DNA of 64,000 nucleotides from an uncultured bacterium (GCA_963801165.1 CAWDDT010000009.1:352001-416000), one strand, 5' to 3'. Counted from the stretch's first letter, positions 37,649 to 48,966 are shown. Made by a program: numbers and translations. Notes: generated by a model from the letters alone, not told the origin.

Positions 37649-39361
37649 ATGAGCAACGTTCCAAGTGACCTGAGAGCGCGTACCGAGGCGTGGATCGCCG
37701 CCGATCCGGACAGCAAGACCAGAGCCGAGCTGACGGATCTCCTCGCCGCTGGTGAAGTTGATGAGTTGAGCGAGCGGATGGCGGGATCGCTCGAGTTCGG
37801 CACGGCAGGGTTGCGGGGGCGGGTTGAAGCCGGATCCAACCGCATGAACCGGGCTGTCGTGATCAGGACGACACGCGGTATCGCCGAGTACCTCCTCGAC
37901 CGTGACCCGGACTCGGACCGCCCCGTCGTGGTCGGCCGGGATGCGCGTCTTTCCAGCAACCGATTTCAGAAGGACACCATCGGAGTGCTTGCAGCCGCCG
38001 GGATTGTCGTTCGCTATTTCCCCGACCCGGTCCCCACTCCTGTTGTCGCTTACGCAGCCCGCCGGCTGGGGGCACGGGCCGCCATCGTGATCACCGCCAG
38101 CCACAACCCGCCACTCGACAACGGCTACAAGGTGTATGACTCGAACGGGGTGCAGATCATTCCTCCAACCGATAGTGACATCGCCGCCAGGATCGCCGCC
38201 GCGCCGGATGCGGTCGACGTACCCCGGCTGGCGAAGAAGTATCGAGAGGAGGTTGCCCACCGTGTGCCGGAGGGCATCTTCGCCCGCTATCTGGAGGATC
38301 TCGCCGCCATTAGGGTCGGTGCCGGAGGCTCGGACCTGAAGATCGTGTACACGCCGATGCATGGCGTCGGGGGTGCCTATGTGACCGAAGCGCTCGAGTT
38401 CTTCGGGTACGACGACGTCACCCCGGTGCCCGAGCAATACGAGCCCGACGGCAGGTTTCCTACCGTTGCCTTTCCCAATCCCGAGGAGCCGGGCGCTCTC
38501 GACCTCGCCGCTGCACTAGCCGCAAAGACCAGTGCCGACATCATCATCGCCAACGACCCCGATACGGACCGGCTCGCCGTAAGTCTGCCGCGCCGGGAGG
38601 GGTGGCGGCCGCTTACGGGGAATCAGATCGGTGCACTCCTCGGTGACTACCTGCTCAGCCACACCAAGGTCGCTAGACCGCTGGTCGTAAACAGCATCGT
38701 GTCGTCCCCGATGCTGGCCGACATCGCAATCAAGTACGGTGCGCGCCATGCGACGAGCCTCACCGGCTTCAAATGGATCTGGAACGCAGCGCTCGACATC
38801 GAGAGTACCGAGGGTGCCAACTTCGTCTTCGGGTATGAGGAGGCGCTCGGTTACAGCGTGTCGCCGCAGGTGCGGGACAAAGACGGCATTTCCGCAGCGG
38901 TTGTCTTCACCGATCTGGCGGCCGTTTGTAAGGCGAGGGGCGAGACCGTTCTCGACTACCTGGCGCGCCTGTACGACCGGCATGGGTTGTGGGTGTCGAC
39001 CCAGAAGAGCATTGTCCGGCCCGGTAGTGAGGGCGCCGAAGAAATTGCCGCTGCCGTGGAGCGCCTGGCGGGCGCACCGCCGGCCGAGCTCGCCGGTATC
39101 AGTGTGGTCTCGATGACCGACTACAGGCAGGGCGCCGACGCCCGGCCCCGCTATCTCGCGGCGACTCCGCTGGTCGAGCTCGACCTCGGCGATAGGGGTC
39201 GTGCCCTGGTGCGGCCAAGCGGCACCGAGCCCAAGCTGAAGATCTACGTGGATCTGGTGGCCAAACGTGATCCGGCAATGACCGTCGACACGCAGGAAGC
39301 GGAGCTGGTCGCCGAGGCCAACGAGGTGGCGGAGGACATGGCCTCCAATCTCGTTCTGTAG
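37649..39361 (+). CDS. Phosphomannomutase/phosphoglucomutase
   Basis: FGTAGLRG, TASHNP, DPDTDR, GYEEALG, RPSGTEPKLK. Confidence 0.95.
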   Translation: MSNVPSDLRARTEAWIAADPDSKTRAELTDLLAAGEVDELSERMAGSLEFGTAGLRGRVEAGSNRMNRAVVIRTTRGIAEYLLDRDPDSDRPVVVGRDARLSSNRFQKDTIGVLAAAGIVVRYFPDPVPTPVVAYAARRLGARAAIVITASHNPPLDNGYKVYDSNGVQIIPPTDSDIAARIAAAPDAVDVPRLAKKYREEVAHRVPEGIFARYLEDLAAIRVGAGGSDLKIVYTPMHGVGGAYVTEALEFFGYDDVTPVPEQYEPDGRFPTVAFPNPEEPGALDLAAALAAKTSADIIIANDPDTDRLAVSLPRREGWRPLTGNQIGALLGDYLLSHTKVARPLVVNSIVSSPMLADIAIKYGARHATSLTGFKWIWNAALDIESTEGANFVFGYEEALGYSVSPQVRDKDGISAAVVFTDLAAVCKARGETVLDYLARLYDRHGLWVSTQKSIVRPGSEGAEEIAAAVERLAGAPPAELAGISVVSMTDYRQGADARPRYLAATPLVELDLGDRGRALVRPSGTEPKLKIYVDLVAKRDPAMTVDTQEAELVAEANEVAEDMASNLVL

Positions 39362-39669
39362 GCGCGAGTCGCGCCGGCATGCCTCTGGTTTCTCGCCAGA
39401 AACGTGAGGAGCAGCAATCCCCCAATCCCGGGGCATCAGCGGTTTCTCAGGCGTGACATCAAGCGATGACGCCGTGTTGATGATGTCATCGCCGTGTGCA
39501 TCGTTTTCCTTTTTGTGAGCTGGAAGCAAGCAGCGATCCTCCCATATCCCTCAATCCCCGGTTTCTTTTCCCCTCATCGCCTTCGCTCCGCCAACGTCAG
39601 GGACGCCGCTCCTATTGCAGTGAGAAGGAATTCATCCTCGCTCCGGAGGATCGACCGGCCGGTCCGCGA

Positions 39670-39900
39670 TCAGGCGGCGGTGGGTTGATTCCGGTGTCTC
39701 CGCCAGATGGTCATGAAAATTGCCGCACTCAAGACGCCTGGGCCGGTGTGCACCAGAACGACACCGAATAGGGACGGGCCACCCCAGTCGGCGCGGTAGC
39801 TGGCGGGGTTGCCCCAATCGATGACGAAGAGCTCGACGAGCCCACGGCCGATGGCGAAGAGCATGAACAACACGATGAGGAACCGGCCGGCCCTTCGCAT
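39670..39900 (-). CDS. Small 2-TM hypothetical protein
   Basis: MRRAGRFLIVLF..PASYRADWGGPSLFGVVLVHTGPG; third gene of the PadR operon. Confidence 0.65.
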   Translation of the reverse strand: MRRAGRFLIVLFMLFAIGRGLVELFVIDWGNPASYRADWGGPSLFGVVLVHTGPGVLSAAIFMTIWRRHRNQPTAA

Positions 39901-39908
39901 CGCAGTTT

Positions 39909-40271
39909 TCAAGTTGAGATGCGGCGACGAATGGCGCGAGCGACGATGAGCCGGGTCGTGGCATCGAGCGTGATTGCCAGGGCCCCGAGAACCACCATCA
40001 GCAACGCCGCGCTGCTCGTGCTCCTGGGGAGCCAGAGGGCGTTCGGATAGCCCGCCGTGTAGACGTACCACTCGGCGCCGAGGAGCGCTGCCGTCCCGAC
40101 GGCAGCACGTATCCCGTGTCGTCGCAGGTCGAGATGCGCTGCCAGCGCATGGAGGACCACGTTGGTGACGATTCCGGCCCGCGATCCCTCCTGCTCGAGT
40201 AGTTCCTCGAACTCGTCGCCGTAGCGGTCCCGCCACCGGCGCGGGTAGAGGCGCAAGAGCAGCCGCGTCAT
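39909..40271 (-). CDS. PadR-associated membrane protein
   Basis: LLRLYPRRWRDRYGDEF N-terminal motif plus 2 TM; ATGA-coupled to padR. Confidence 0.75.
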   Translation of the reverse strand: MTRLLLRLYPRRWRDRYGDEFEELLEQEGSRAGIVTNVVLHALAAHLDLRRHGIRAAVGTAALLGAEWYVYTAGYPNALWLPRSTSSAALLMVVLGALAITLDATTRLIVARAIRRRIST

Positions 40272-40594
40272 GACTCGGCCGTCCTCGCCGCGGTGGTTCG
40301 CACCACTCGCTCCCAGCGGGCCATGTTCTCCGACACAGCTGTCCGGCCTTCAGCTGTTATCTCGTAGGGTCGCCTCCGCCCTGCAGGTTCGAGAGGTGCG
40401 ATGAGACCCCGCTCCTCGAGCTTGGTGAGCGCTCCGTATAGGGTTCCCGGCCCGAGACGGACACCGACGGAGGTATCGATGTCTTTGATGATGGCGTGAC
40501 CGTGCTTGGGACCGTCGAGAAGCGACATGAGGACCAGAAGCGCCGGTTCACCAAAGCGGGCGAGACCAAAGCGATCGCGTCTTTGTTTCGTCAT
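40268..40594 (-). CDS. PadR-family regulator
   Basis: GPKHGHAI, LGPGTLYGALTKLE, RRRPYEITAEG. Confidence 0.9.
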   Translation of the reverse strand: MTKQRRDRFGLARFGEPALLVLMSLLDGPKHGHAIIKDIDTSVGVRLGPGTLYGALTKLEERGLIAPLEPAGRRRPYEITAEGRTAVSENMARWERVVRTTAARTAES

Positions 40595-40608
40595 ACGATG
40601 CATCGTAT
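40593..40608. promoter_or_regulatory. PadR operator
   Basis: Perfect 16-bp palindrome ATACGATGCATCGTAT over the start codon. Confidence 0.7.
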
Positions 40609-40694
40609 CACGTAGTATTGAGGTCACCAAGCGGTCACAGGAACGCGAGAGTCGATGGAACCCCTGCCTGCGCCCGCGCATCGTCGGCGAGCCC

Positions 40695-41081
40695 TCATAT
40701 CCACTCGTCGGTCGCCGTGAGGGTCGTGTCGGAGGCATCGCCGGTGTTGACGACGCCCGCAGGCTCGAGGAGGAGGATCTCGCACTCCTCGGCGGCGACG
40801 GGGCGGTGCTCGACACCCCGGGGGACCACGAAGAACTCGTCGGGCCCGATCGAGACTGCGCCGCGGCCCCGCATCTCGATCCGGAGCCGCCCCGATCGCA
40901 CCAGAAACAACTCGTCGGTGTCGTCGTGGGTGTGCCAAACGAACTCGCCCTCCACCTTGACTGCCTTCAGATGGAGATCGTTGATCTGGCCGACGATCTT
41001 CGGGGACCAATGCTCTGCAAACTTCGCAAACTTGTCGTCCAGGTTCACAACGGTGTCCGGCGCCGCCATCGTTTCTCCCAT
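40695..41081 (-). CDS. Cupin domain protein
   Basis: [31 protein letters not shown]. Confidence 0.92.
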   Translation of the reverse strand: MGETMAAPDTVVNLDDKFAKFAEHWSPKIVGQINDLHLKAVKVEGEFVWHTHDDTDELFLVRSGRLRIEMRGRGAVSIGPDEFFVVPRGVEHRPVAAEECEILLLEPAGVVNTGDASDTTLTATDEWI

Positions 41082-41266
41082 CTCGGGCTAGAGGCTCGGG
41101 TCACGATACCTGCGCCGACCCGACCGCCGGTGCGGCATCGCAGACAATGTGGCCGGTAGTCCCTGCAGTCGGGGCCGTTGCTCAGTTTCCCCGCAACAGC
41201 GGCTTCGGCGATAATGATTCGGTTGTCTACTTGCGCTGTTCCGGCGCGCCTATGAAGGAGTCCGAC

Positions 41267-42313
<1,047 letters not shown>

Positions 42314-42334
42314 GTCGCGCGCGGTCCGAGACGT

Positions 42335-42361
42335 GAATCCCCCGGTTTGACCGGGGGATTC
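42335..42361. terminator. Hairpin between fbaB and pckA
   Basis: GAATCCCCCGGT-TTG-ACCGGGGGATTC. Confidence 0.6.
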
Positions 42362-42451
42362 ATCTATGCAGCGGCCTACTGCCGTTGTCGACTTCCGGCT
42401 ACAGTCTGCCCCACTGAAACGAAGAAGGCCCCCGAAAAGGAGGACCTCCAC

Positions 42452-43978
42452 ATGGTCATCGCTCTCCCCAAAGCCAGGTCGGTTGCAGAAAACCCGACCC
42501 AGGACGAGATGCGCGCGTGGGTATTGGAGTACATGCCGAACGTGACCGAGACCGAATTCGGCAATCTCAACTACAAGGCGGAAGTGAAGGCACGTTTGGC
42601 CGCCTCGACGTTCTTCATAGCCGACGACGAGATTTACCAGAACCGCATGTCCCGGGCCGAATACGAGGAGTGGGCGGCCAAGCAGGACGCATACATTGCG
42701 GACAAGGACATGATCCTGATCGAGGGCTACATCGGGCCCGACCCTGCGTTTCGGACCGGCTCCGCCCTGTACATGGAGAAAACCCATGCCAACATCCCGG
42801 CGATGCAGCAGCAGCTCTACTTCCCCAAGGACGACCTATGGGAGCGTGAGTTCACTGTCATCTACACGCCGGGTCTGCGGTGCCCCGGCAAGCCGAACGA
42901 GCGGCTCATCCTGGTCGATCTCGACAACTATGTGACCCGGGTCATCGGGTCTGACTACTTTGGCGAGTCGAAGATGGGTGGTCTACGCATGTGGAACCAT
43001 CTCGTCTACGGACGAGGCGGGCTGGCACTCCATTCGGGCTTGAAGACATTCCCGGACGTCGACGGGGAGGAGAAAGTAGCTCTCATCCTCGGTCTGTCCG
43101 GAACCGGCAAGACCACTACCACCTTCCGCCAACAGCTCGGCTCGCTCCCGGTGCAGGACGACTTCAACGCGCTAATGCCCGGTGGCTTTGTGTATACGAC
43201 CGAGAATGGCTGTTTCGCCAAGACTTTTGGTCTCGACCCCGACGATGAGCCCACCATCTACGGCGGCACCACCAGTGCCGAGAGCTGGCTCGAGAACACC
43301 TATGTGACCGACAACGGCAAGGTCGATTTCTTCAACGATTCGGACACGGCCAACGGCCGCTCCACTTTCCGCTTGGAGCACATACGCCACCGGTCGCCGC
43401 AGGATCTGCCGCCGGCGAACTACCTGCTGCTGCTCAACCGCAACGAGAACATTATTCCCGCGGTGGCGAAGTTGAGGCGCGAGCAGGCCGCCGCCTACTT
43501 CATGCTCGGCGAGACAAAGGGCACGTCGGCGGGTGGGGCGACCGAGATGGGCAAGAATCTGCGTGTGCCCGGCACCAACCCTTTCTTCTTCAACAACGAC
43601 GCAATGCAAGGGAACCGGTTGCTGGAGTTGCTCGACACCATGCCGGATCTCGACGTGTATCTGCTCAACACGGGGCGGGTCGGCGGTACCGACGAAGACG
43701 AGAGATCGAAAAATGTCAAGATCAAGCATTCGTCGTCGATCGTGCGTGGGATCGTATCGGGCACGATCGTGTGGGAGGAAGACCCCGACTTCGGGTACTA
43801 CGTCGCAGCCGAGTTCCCCGAGTTCCCCGACTACGAGTTGCTCCGCCCGTACCGGCTCTACGAGCGGCAAGGCCGGCTCGATGAATATGCGTCGATCATT
43901 GCCGCTCTCAAGGAAGAGCGAAGAGCCTATCTGCGATCGTTCCCCGACCTCCACCCGAGCATCGTGAACGCCATCTGA
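42452..43978 (+). CDS. pckA: Phosphoenolpyruvate carboxykinase (ATP)
   Basis: YFGESKMG, LHSG, GLSGTGKTT, QDD, ENGCFAKT, NGR, YLLNTG. Confidence 0.88.
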   Translation: MVIALPKARSVAENPTQDEMRAWVLEYMPNVTETEFGNLNYKAEVKARLAASTFFIADDEIYQNRMSRAEYEEWAAKQDAYIADKDMILIEGYIGPDPAFRTGSALYMEKTHANIPAMQQQLYFPKDDLWEREFTVIYTPGLRCPGKPNERLILVDLDNYVTRVIGSDYFGESKMGGLRMWNHLVYGRGGLALHSGLKTFPDVDGEEKVALILGLSGTGKTTTTFRQQLGSLPVQDDFNALMPGGFVYTTENGCFAKTFGLDPDDEPTIYGGTTSAESWLENTYVTDNGKVDFFNDSDTANGRSTFRLEHIRHRSPQDLPPANYLLLLNRNENIIPAVAKLRREQAAAYFMLGETKGTSAGGATEMGKNLRVPGTNPFFFNNDAMQGNRLLELLDTMPDLDVYLLNTGRVGGTDEDERSKNVKIKHSSSIVRGIVSGTIVWEEDPDFGYYVAAEFPEFPDYELLRPYRLYERQGRLDEYASIIAALKEERRAYLRSFPDLHPSIVNAI

Positions 43979-44067
43979 TCGTTCGTGCGTAATCCGCCAC
44001 TGCGCAGAGATATCCGCCAGAAACGGTGGGTTTGGTGCAATTTCTTGCACCGGCAAGAATTAACTTG

Positions 44068-44094
44068 TGAAACGCGATAGATATCCGCCGACAT
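44068..44094 (+). promoter_or_regulatory. sigma28 (WhiG/FliA)-like promoter
   Basis: TGAAA-N14-GCCGACAT, 7 nt before ATG. Confidence 0.55.
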
Positions 44095-44101
44095 CGATGG
44101 C

Positions 44102-44893
44102 ATGCAAGAGAGACTGCCACAGACCCAGCGGATCGACGAGCGGACCTTCGCCATCGTTCGTAAGGGGTATGACACTCGAGAGGTACGGAACTTTCTCGAC
44201 GAACTGGAGCATGCGTTCCAGGATATCGAAGGCCACGCCCGGAGGACGTCACAGAAAGTTGTAGAGCTCCAACGAGATCTCAGCACATCTCGCGCTACCG
44301 AGAAAGCTTCCCTCGATAACGCGATGTATGCGGTCTTTGATGTCAAGGACCGGATGCTGGACCGGGCCGAGCGTCGTGCCCGTGAGATCGAAGAAGAGGC
44401 TGGCAAGACGGCAACCTCATTGCTCGCCCAGGTTGGAGATGCACGTGGCCGTGAGCCGGAACTCGAGCGGCGCATCAGCGGATTGGAGCATGAGCTGATG
44501 CGCAGCCGGGCCGATGGCGAGCGGCTGCGTTCGCAACTCGAAGACGCCTACGCCACCATCGACCGGCTCGAGACCACCACAACGGTTGACATCACCACGA
44601 TGCAGGCCGAGCTCCACCGCGAGCGTGCACAGAACGCTGAGCTTCGCAACGAGATCCGGGAGTTCGATTACCAGCGTCGCGAGTACGAGGACAAGCTGGC
44701 GAAGGCACAGCAGATCGCCATGCATGCCGGGGCCGAGCTCGAGATTATGAAGGCCGAGCTCTCGGCGAGCAGGCGCCAGGACGGCGACGAGGCCCCTACG
44801 GGGACCGTCATCTACGAGCGCAGCTCGGATCTCGAAGACCTGGAAGCTATGACTCCCGCTTCCGCCGGCGACAGCTACAGCCGGGCCGTATAG
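44102..44893 (+). CDS. DivIVA-domain coiled-coil protein (short paralog)
   Basis: IDERTFAIVRKGYDTREVRNFLDEL followed by heptad repeats. Confidence 0.85.
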   Translation: MQERLPQTQRIDERTFAIVRKGYDTREVRNFLDELEHAFQDIEGHARRTSQKVVELQRDLSTSRATEKASLDNAMYAVFDVKDRMLDRAERRAREIEEEAGKTATSLLAQVGDARGREPELERRISGLEHELMRSRADGERLRSQLEDAYATIDRLETTTTVDITTMQAELHRERAQNAELRNEIREFDYQRREYEDKLAKAQQIAMHAGAELEIMKAELSASRRQDGDEAPTGTVIYERSSDLEDLEAMTPASAGDSYSRAV

Positions 44894-45011
44894 CCCGATC
44901 TGGGGACGTTTTGCGGTCCGTTACCTGCTGTCTACGGGGTATTGACGCCACGGCGAGCCTCCCACTGACTCAAGGCACGTAGCCGACGTAGTATCCGCCG
45001 GGTAATGGCTA

Positions 45012-45038
45012 TCAAGCACCCGGCGCATATGCCGATAG
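45012..45038 (+). promoter_or_regulatory. sigma28 (WhiG/FliA)-like promoter
   Basis: TCAAG-N14-GCCGATAG, 7 nt before GTG. Confidence 0.7.
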
Positions 45039-45045
45039 CAACCCT

Positions 45046-47184
45046 GTGAGCGACGAACGCAGCCAGTTTGCCCAGCGAATCGACGAACGAAAGTTCAGTC
45101 TGACGCGCCGCGGCTACGACAAGCGGGAGGTCCGGGCCTACCTCGAAGACCTCGAGCAAGCGTTTCGCGAGCTCGAGGGCCACTCCCGCCGGACCGCACA
45201 ACGAGTGGCCGAGCTCGAACGTGACCTGGCCGACGCTCGCGCCACCGAGAAGGTATCCGTAGATAACGCCATGATGGCCGTGTTCGATGCGAAGGACCGG
45301 ATTCTCGAGCGCGCCCGGCGCCGCGCCGACGAGATCGAGGAGCAGGCGCATTCGGAAGCGAGCCGGATCAAGGCTGCGGTAGTTGCTGATGTTGGAGGTG
45401 GTGAGGGCGGCGGCAGAGAGATCGCGGCAGCCACGGCCCAGGCCGATGAGATAGTCGCTTCCGCCCGACGCGAGGCGGAGCGGATCCGGCGTGAGGCCGA
45501 GGGTGGAGCGGGGCGCGACCGTGACCTCGAGGCCGAACTGGATGCGGCAACGGCACAGTTGCGCCGTGCCCACACCGACACTGCAGCCGCCAAGGAACAA
45601 CTCGATGCGGCCAGAAAGAGGATTGTCGAGCTAGAGAGCGGTGTTGGGCCTGCGACGTCGCCGGAGCTCGAGGAGAAGTTCGCCGACCTGGATTCGCGGC
45701 TCCGGGCAGCCCGCGACGGCAACGAGCGTCTCGAGGAGGAACTGGCGACGCGCGCTGAGCAGGTGACGACCCTGGAACAAGCGGTTGCCGCAGCAGAGCG
45801 CGCACTCGACGAGAGCAAAGCGTACGTGGGTCGGGTTGAGTCGGAGGCCGACGAGAAGAACGGCGCGATAGAGAGCCTGGAAGCGGAGCTGACCGGTCTC
45901 CGCGCGATAGCCGACAAGTACGAGGAACAGAACGAGCTGGTCGCCGAGCTCATGAAGGCGAGCGCGGCAGCCGACGATCCCCGGGTTGGTGAGCTGGAGC
46001 AGGCGGTGGGCACTGCCGAGGGAGCGCTGGCAGAGGCGCGTCAGACGATCGCCGAGCTCGAGGCAAAGCTCGCCGACCAGCCGGACAACGCCGGAACCCA
46101 GCAGGAAGTCGACGCCATCCTCACCGCTGCCAGGGCGGAGGCGGAGGAGATCGCGGCAGAGGCCGAGGAGCAGGCCGAGCAGCGTGCCGCAAAGGTCATT
46201 GCCAGAGCGCGCGAGGAAGCGGATCAGGTCAGGCAGACCGTCGCAACGCTTACTGCCCAGGCAGAAGACGCACGATCGGCAGCGCTCCGTTCCAAGCTGG
46301 AGGCGAAGGATCTGGCCGAGGCGCAACGGGCGATGGGTGACGCCAGAAACGACATCATCACATCGGCCAACAGCCGCGCCGAGGAGATCGGCTGTGCGGC
46401 TCGGGAGACGGCGGAGAATCTTCGCAGAGAAGCGGAGGAGATGCTCACGGCTGCGCGGGCCGTGGCCGAGCAGATCACCAAAGATGCCGAGAAGCAGGCT
46501 GCCGACAGGCTGGCCGACGCCGAGAAAGAGGCGGCCGGGCTAGTCGCCGGCGCCGAAGCCACAGCGACGCAGGCTGAGTCCGGCGACGAGCTCGCAGCCA
46601 TGTTGGCCGAAGCCGAGCGGGAACTGGCCATCAGCGAGGAGCTGCGACAGCAGCGAAACGACCTCGCACTCCGCGAGCAGGAGCTGGCGGAACGCGAGCG
46701 AGCATTTGCCGCCAAACAGCAAGGTGAAGCGCAGAGCCTCATCCTGCCCCGGGACACCGTTCCCACCCCGGCCGTCGAACCGCTGCCAGACCCGGCACCG
46801 GAATACGTCACCGAGGAAGACGACGATCCTGCGGACCGTCTCAGCGCCTTGCTGGAGGCAGTCTCGTTGCCGCCCGTGGAGCCTGTTCCGGTTGCCGAAC
46901 CGGACATCTCGCCCGACCCTGAACCCACACCCACCGGCGAGAACCCGGATTCGGAACCCCGGCCGCGGATGGCCTGGCCGGCGCCGAACCGGCTCGTCGA
47001 GGCCGAGCGGAGAGAAGCCGAGGCTGGGAGTGGTGAGGAGGGCGACGAGATCGCCCAGGACGGTGAACCCAGGGAGAGCCGTTACCGGACCAGATCGGCA
47101 CAGCTGCCCCGGCTGGGCAACCAGGCCAAGTCCAACATGACCACGATGGCCAATCTGCGCAAGAAGAGCCATAGGGGCGGCTAG
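45046..47184 (+). CDS. DivIVA-domain long coiled-coil protein
   Basis: IDERKFSLTRRGYDKREVRAYLEDL; ~550 aa Ala/Glu coiled coil; Pro/acidic tail ending SRYRTRSAQLPRLG. Confidence 0.85.
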   Translation: MSDERSQFAQRIDERKFSLTRRGYDKREVRAYLEDLEQAFRELEGHSRRTAQRVAELERDLADARATEKVSVDNAMMAVFDAKDRILERARRRADEIEEQAHSEASRIKAAVVADVGGGEGGGREIAAATAQADEIVASARREAERIRREAEGGAGRDRDLEAELDAATAQLRRAHTDTAAAKEQLDAARKRIVELESGVGPATSPELEEKFADLDSRLRAARDGNERLEEELATRAEQVTTLEQAVAAAERALDESKAYVGRVESEADEKNGAIESLEAELTGLRAIADKYEEQNELVAELMKASAAADDPRVGELEQAVGTAEGALAEARQTIAELEAKLADQPDNAGTQQEVDAILTAARAEAEEIAAEAEEQAEQRAAKVIARAREEADQVRQTVATLTAQAEDARSAALRSKLEAKDLAEAQRAMGDARNDIITSANSRAEEIGCAARETAENLRREAEEMLTAARAVAEQITKDAEKQAADRLADAEKEAAGLVAGAEATATQAESGDELAAMLAEAERELAISEELRQQRNDLALREQELAERERAFAAKQQGEAQSLILPRDTVPTPAVEPLPDPAPEYVTEEDDDPADRLSALLEAVSLPPVEPVPVAEPDISPDPEPTPTGENPDSEPRPRMAWPAPNRLVEAERREAEAGSGEEGDEIAQDGEPRESRYRTRSAQLPRLGNQAKSNMTTMANLRKKSHRGG

Positions 47185-47219
47185 CCGGGCCTCTCGGCCG
47201 GCGGTTCTGGCTGCGTAGG

Positions 47220-48206
47220 ATGGCCGACGTGATTCTCGTTACACGCCGACCACCGGGAGACGCCGTTGCCATGCTGCGTGACCACGACCGGGTCGCGGTG
47301 TGGGAGGGTGACGGGGTCATGCCTCGGGAGGAGCTGCTGGACCAGGTTGCCCGGGCGACAGGTCTCTACTGCATGCTCACGGATCAGATTGATCGCGCCC
47401 TGCTGGCTGTCGCCTCGGAGTTGCGTGCCGTGTCCAACATGGCGGTCGGGGTCGACAATGTCGATCTCGTCGCCTGCAGCGACGCCGGTATCCCGGTCGG
47501 GCACACACCGGGGGTCCTGACCGAAGCAACCGCCGACATGGCGTTTGCCCTACTGCTGGCGGCAGCCCGTCGGGTGGGTGAGGGAATCGACCACGTCCGG
47601 GCCGACCAGTGGGGGGAGTGGGCGCCGGATCTCTTGCTCGGACAGGATGTATACGGATCGACTCTGGGCATAATCGGGATGGGCCGGATCGGCACTGCCA
47701 TCGCTCGCCGTGGCTCCGGGTTTGGTATGTCGCTGGTCTATGCGAGTCCCTCCCGCAAGATCGAGGTAGAAGAAGAATTGGGGGCGATCAGGCACGACCT
47801 TTCCGGTGTCTTGACGGTGGCCGATCACGTGGTCGTTGCCGCGTCACTCAACGCCGGAACACATCACCTGATGAACGAGCAGTTGTTTCGTATCATGAAA
47901 TCGACTGCGACGTTTGTGAACATCTCGCGTGGAGCGCTGGTGGATACCGCTGCCCTAGTCAAGGCGCTCGAGAGTGGTGCCATCGCCGCCGCCGGTCTCG
48001 ATGTAGCCGATCCCGAGCCGATGCGGGCCGACCATCCCCTGGCCAACCTTCCCAATTGTGTCGTCACCCCACACCTCGGGAGCGCATCTCACAAGACAAG
48101 AGCCGCCATGGCCGAACTCGCAGCCCGCAACCTGATTGCTGCCCTCAGCGGGAAGCGCATGGAAGCATGCGCCAACCCGGCGGTGTACGCCCCACCCTCC
48201 GGCTGA
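47220..48206 (+). CDS. D-2-hydroxyacid dehydrogenase (glyoxylate/D-glycerate reductase)
   Basis: AVGVDNVD, GIIGMGRIG, NISRG, GLDVADPEP, TPHLGSA. Confidence 0.92.
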   Translation: MADVILVTRRPPGDAVAMLRDHDRVAVWEGDGVMPREELLDQVARATGLYCMLTDQIDRALLAVASELRAVSNMAVGVDNVDLVACSDAGIPVGHTPGVLTEATADMAFALLLAAARRVGEGIDHVRADQWGEWAPDLLLGQDVYGSTLGIIGMGRIGTAIARRGSGFGMSLVYASPSRKIEVEEELGAIRHDLSGVLTVADHVVVAASLNAGTHHLMNEQLFRIMKSTATFVNISRGALVDTAALVKALESGAIAAAGLDVADPEPMRADHPLANLPNCVVTPHLGSASHKTRAAMAELAARNLIAALSGKRMEACANPAVYAPPSG

Positions 48207-48213
48207 GGTTCCG

Positions 48214-48966
48214 TCACGTCGGAGCGAGGGTTCCCGCAAAGACTTGCCAGGCCAGGAGCGACTTGGCGACGAGGCTGAGGATTATGTACGCCCGCTCGCC
48301 GTAGAGGTAGTCGCTCCATTTCCCGATCTTCCGATACTGCAAGACCATGTTGACGGCGAAGCTGTTGAAGAATATGAACAGCGAGAAGAAGATCCCGTAC
48401 ACAAAGGCAGGCGGTGAGGCGTCGGTGCCGGGGCTCCAGATATAGAAGGTGATCAGGATCCAGGGGACGGCGCCCGCCAGCACCCCGAACCAGTAGGCGA
48501 GCCAGGACGCGTGGCCCGGCCGCTCGTAGTGCTCGACGAGCAGGCCAAACAAGATCATGGCTGCGTTCACCCCGAAGATCGCCCCGAGGGCGGCAATGTC
48601 GGAAATCCCGGGGAGCATGGCGATCAGCACAACCATGACCGATGAGCTCAACGCATACTCGATCCACCGGGCGTAGTTCCGGTCGTGTTGGAGGTTGCGG
48701 ACGTACCAGCTGTAAATCCCGGGTGAAGCGATCAGCCAGTGAGCCAGGGCCGACAGGAATACGAAGGTGGCGACACCCCAGGCGATCCTGATGTCAAAAA
48801 GGTGGGACAACTCGGGATCGGACGCCCCGGGAGGGCCGTTCAGGAATGTTGCCGTTACCGGTAGCGAGAAATCGTTGGCCAACAGCAGGATGACAAGACC
48901 CTGGACGGCATGGAACAACCCCATGATCACGTTGAACCAGCGCAAGCGGCGGTATTTCGAATCCAT
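48214..48966 (-). CDS. Heliorhodopsin
   Basis: 7 TM with basic N-terminus; FHAVQ, LAHW, RWIEYALSSS (counterion Glu), LSLVAKSLLAWQ (retinal Lys). Confidence 0.96.
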   Translation of the reverse strand: MDSKYRRLRWFNVIMGLFHAVQGLVILLLANDFSLPVTATFLNGPPGASDPELSHLFDIRIAWGVATFVFLSALAHWLIASPGIYSWYVRNLQHDRNYARWIEYALSSSVMVVLIAMLPGISDIAALGAIFGVNAAMILFGLLVEHYERPGHASWLAYWFGVLAGAVPWILITFYIWSPGTDASPPAFVYGIFFSLFIFFNSFAVNMVLQYRKIGKWSDYLYGERAYIILSLVAKSLLAWQVFAGTLAPT

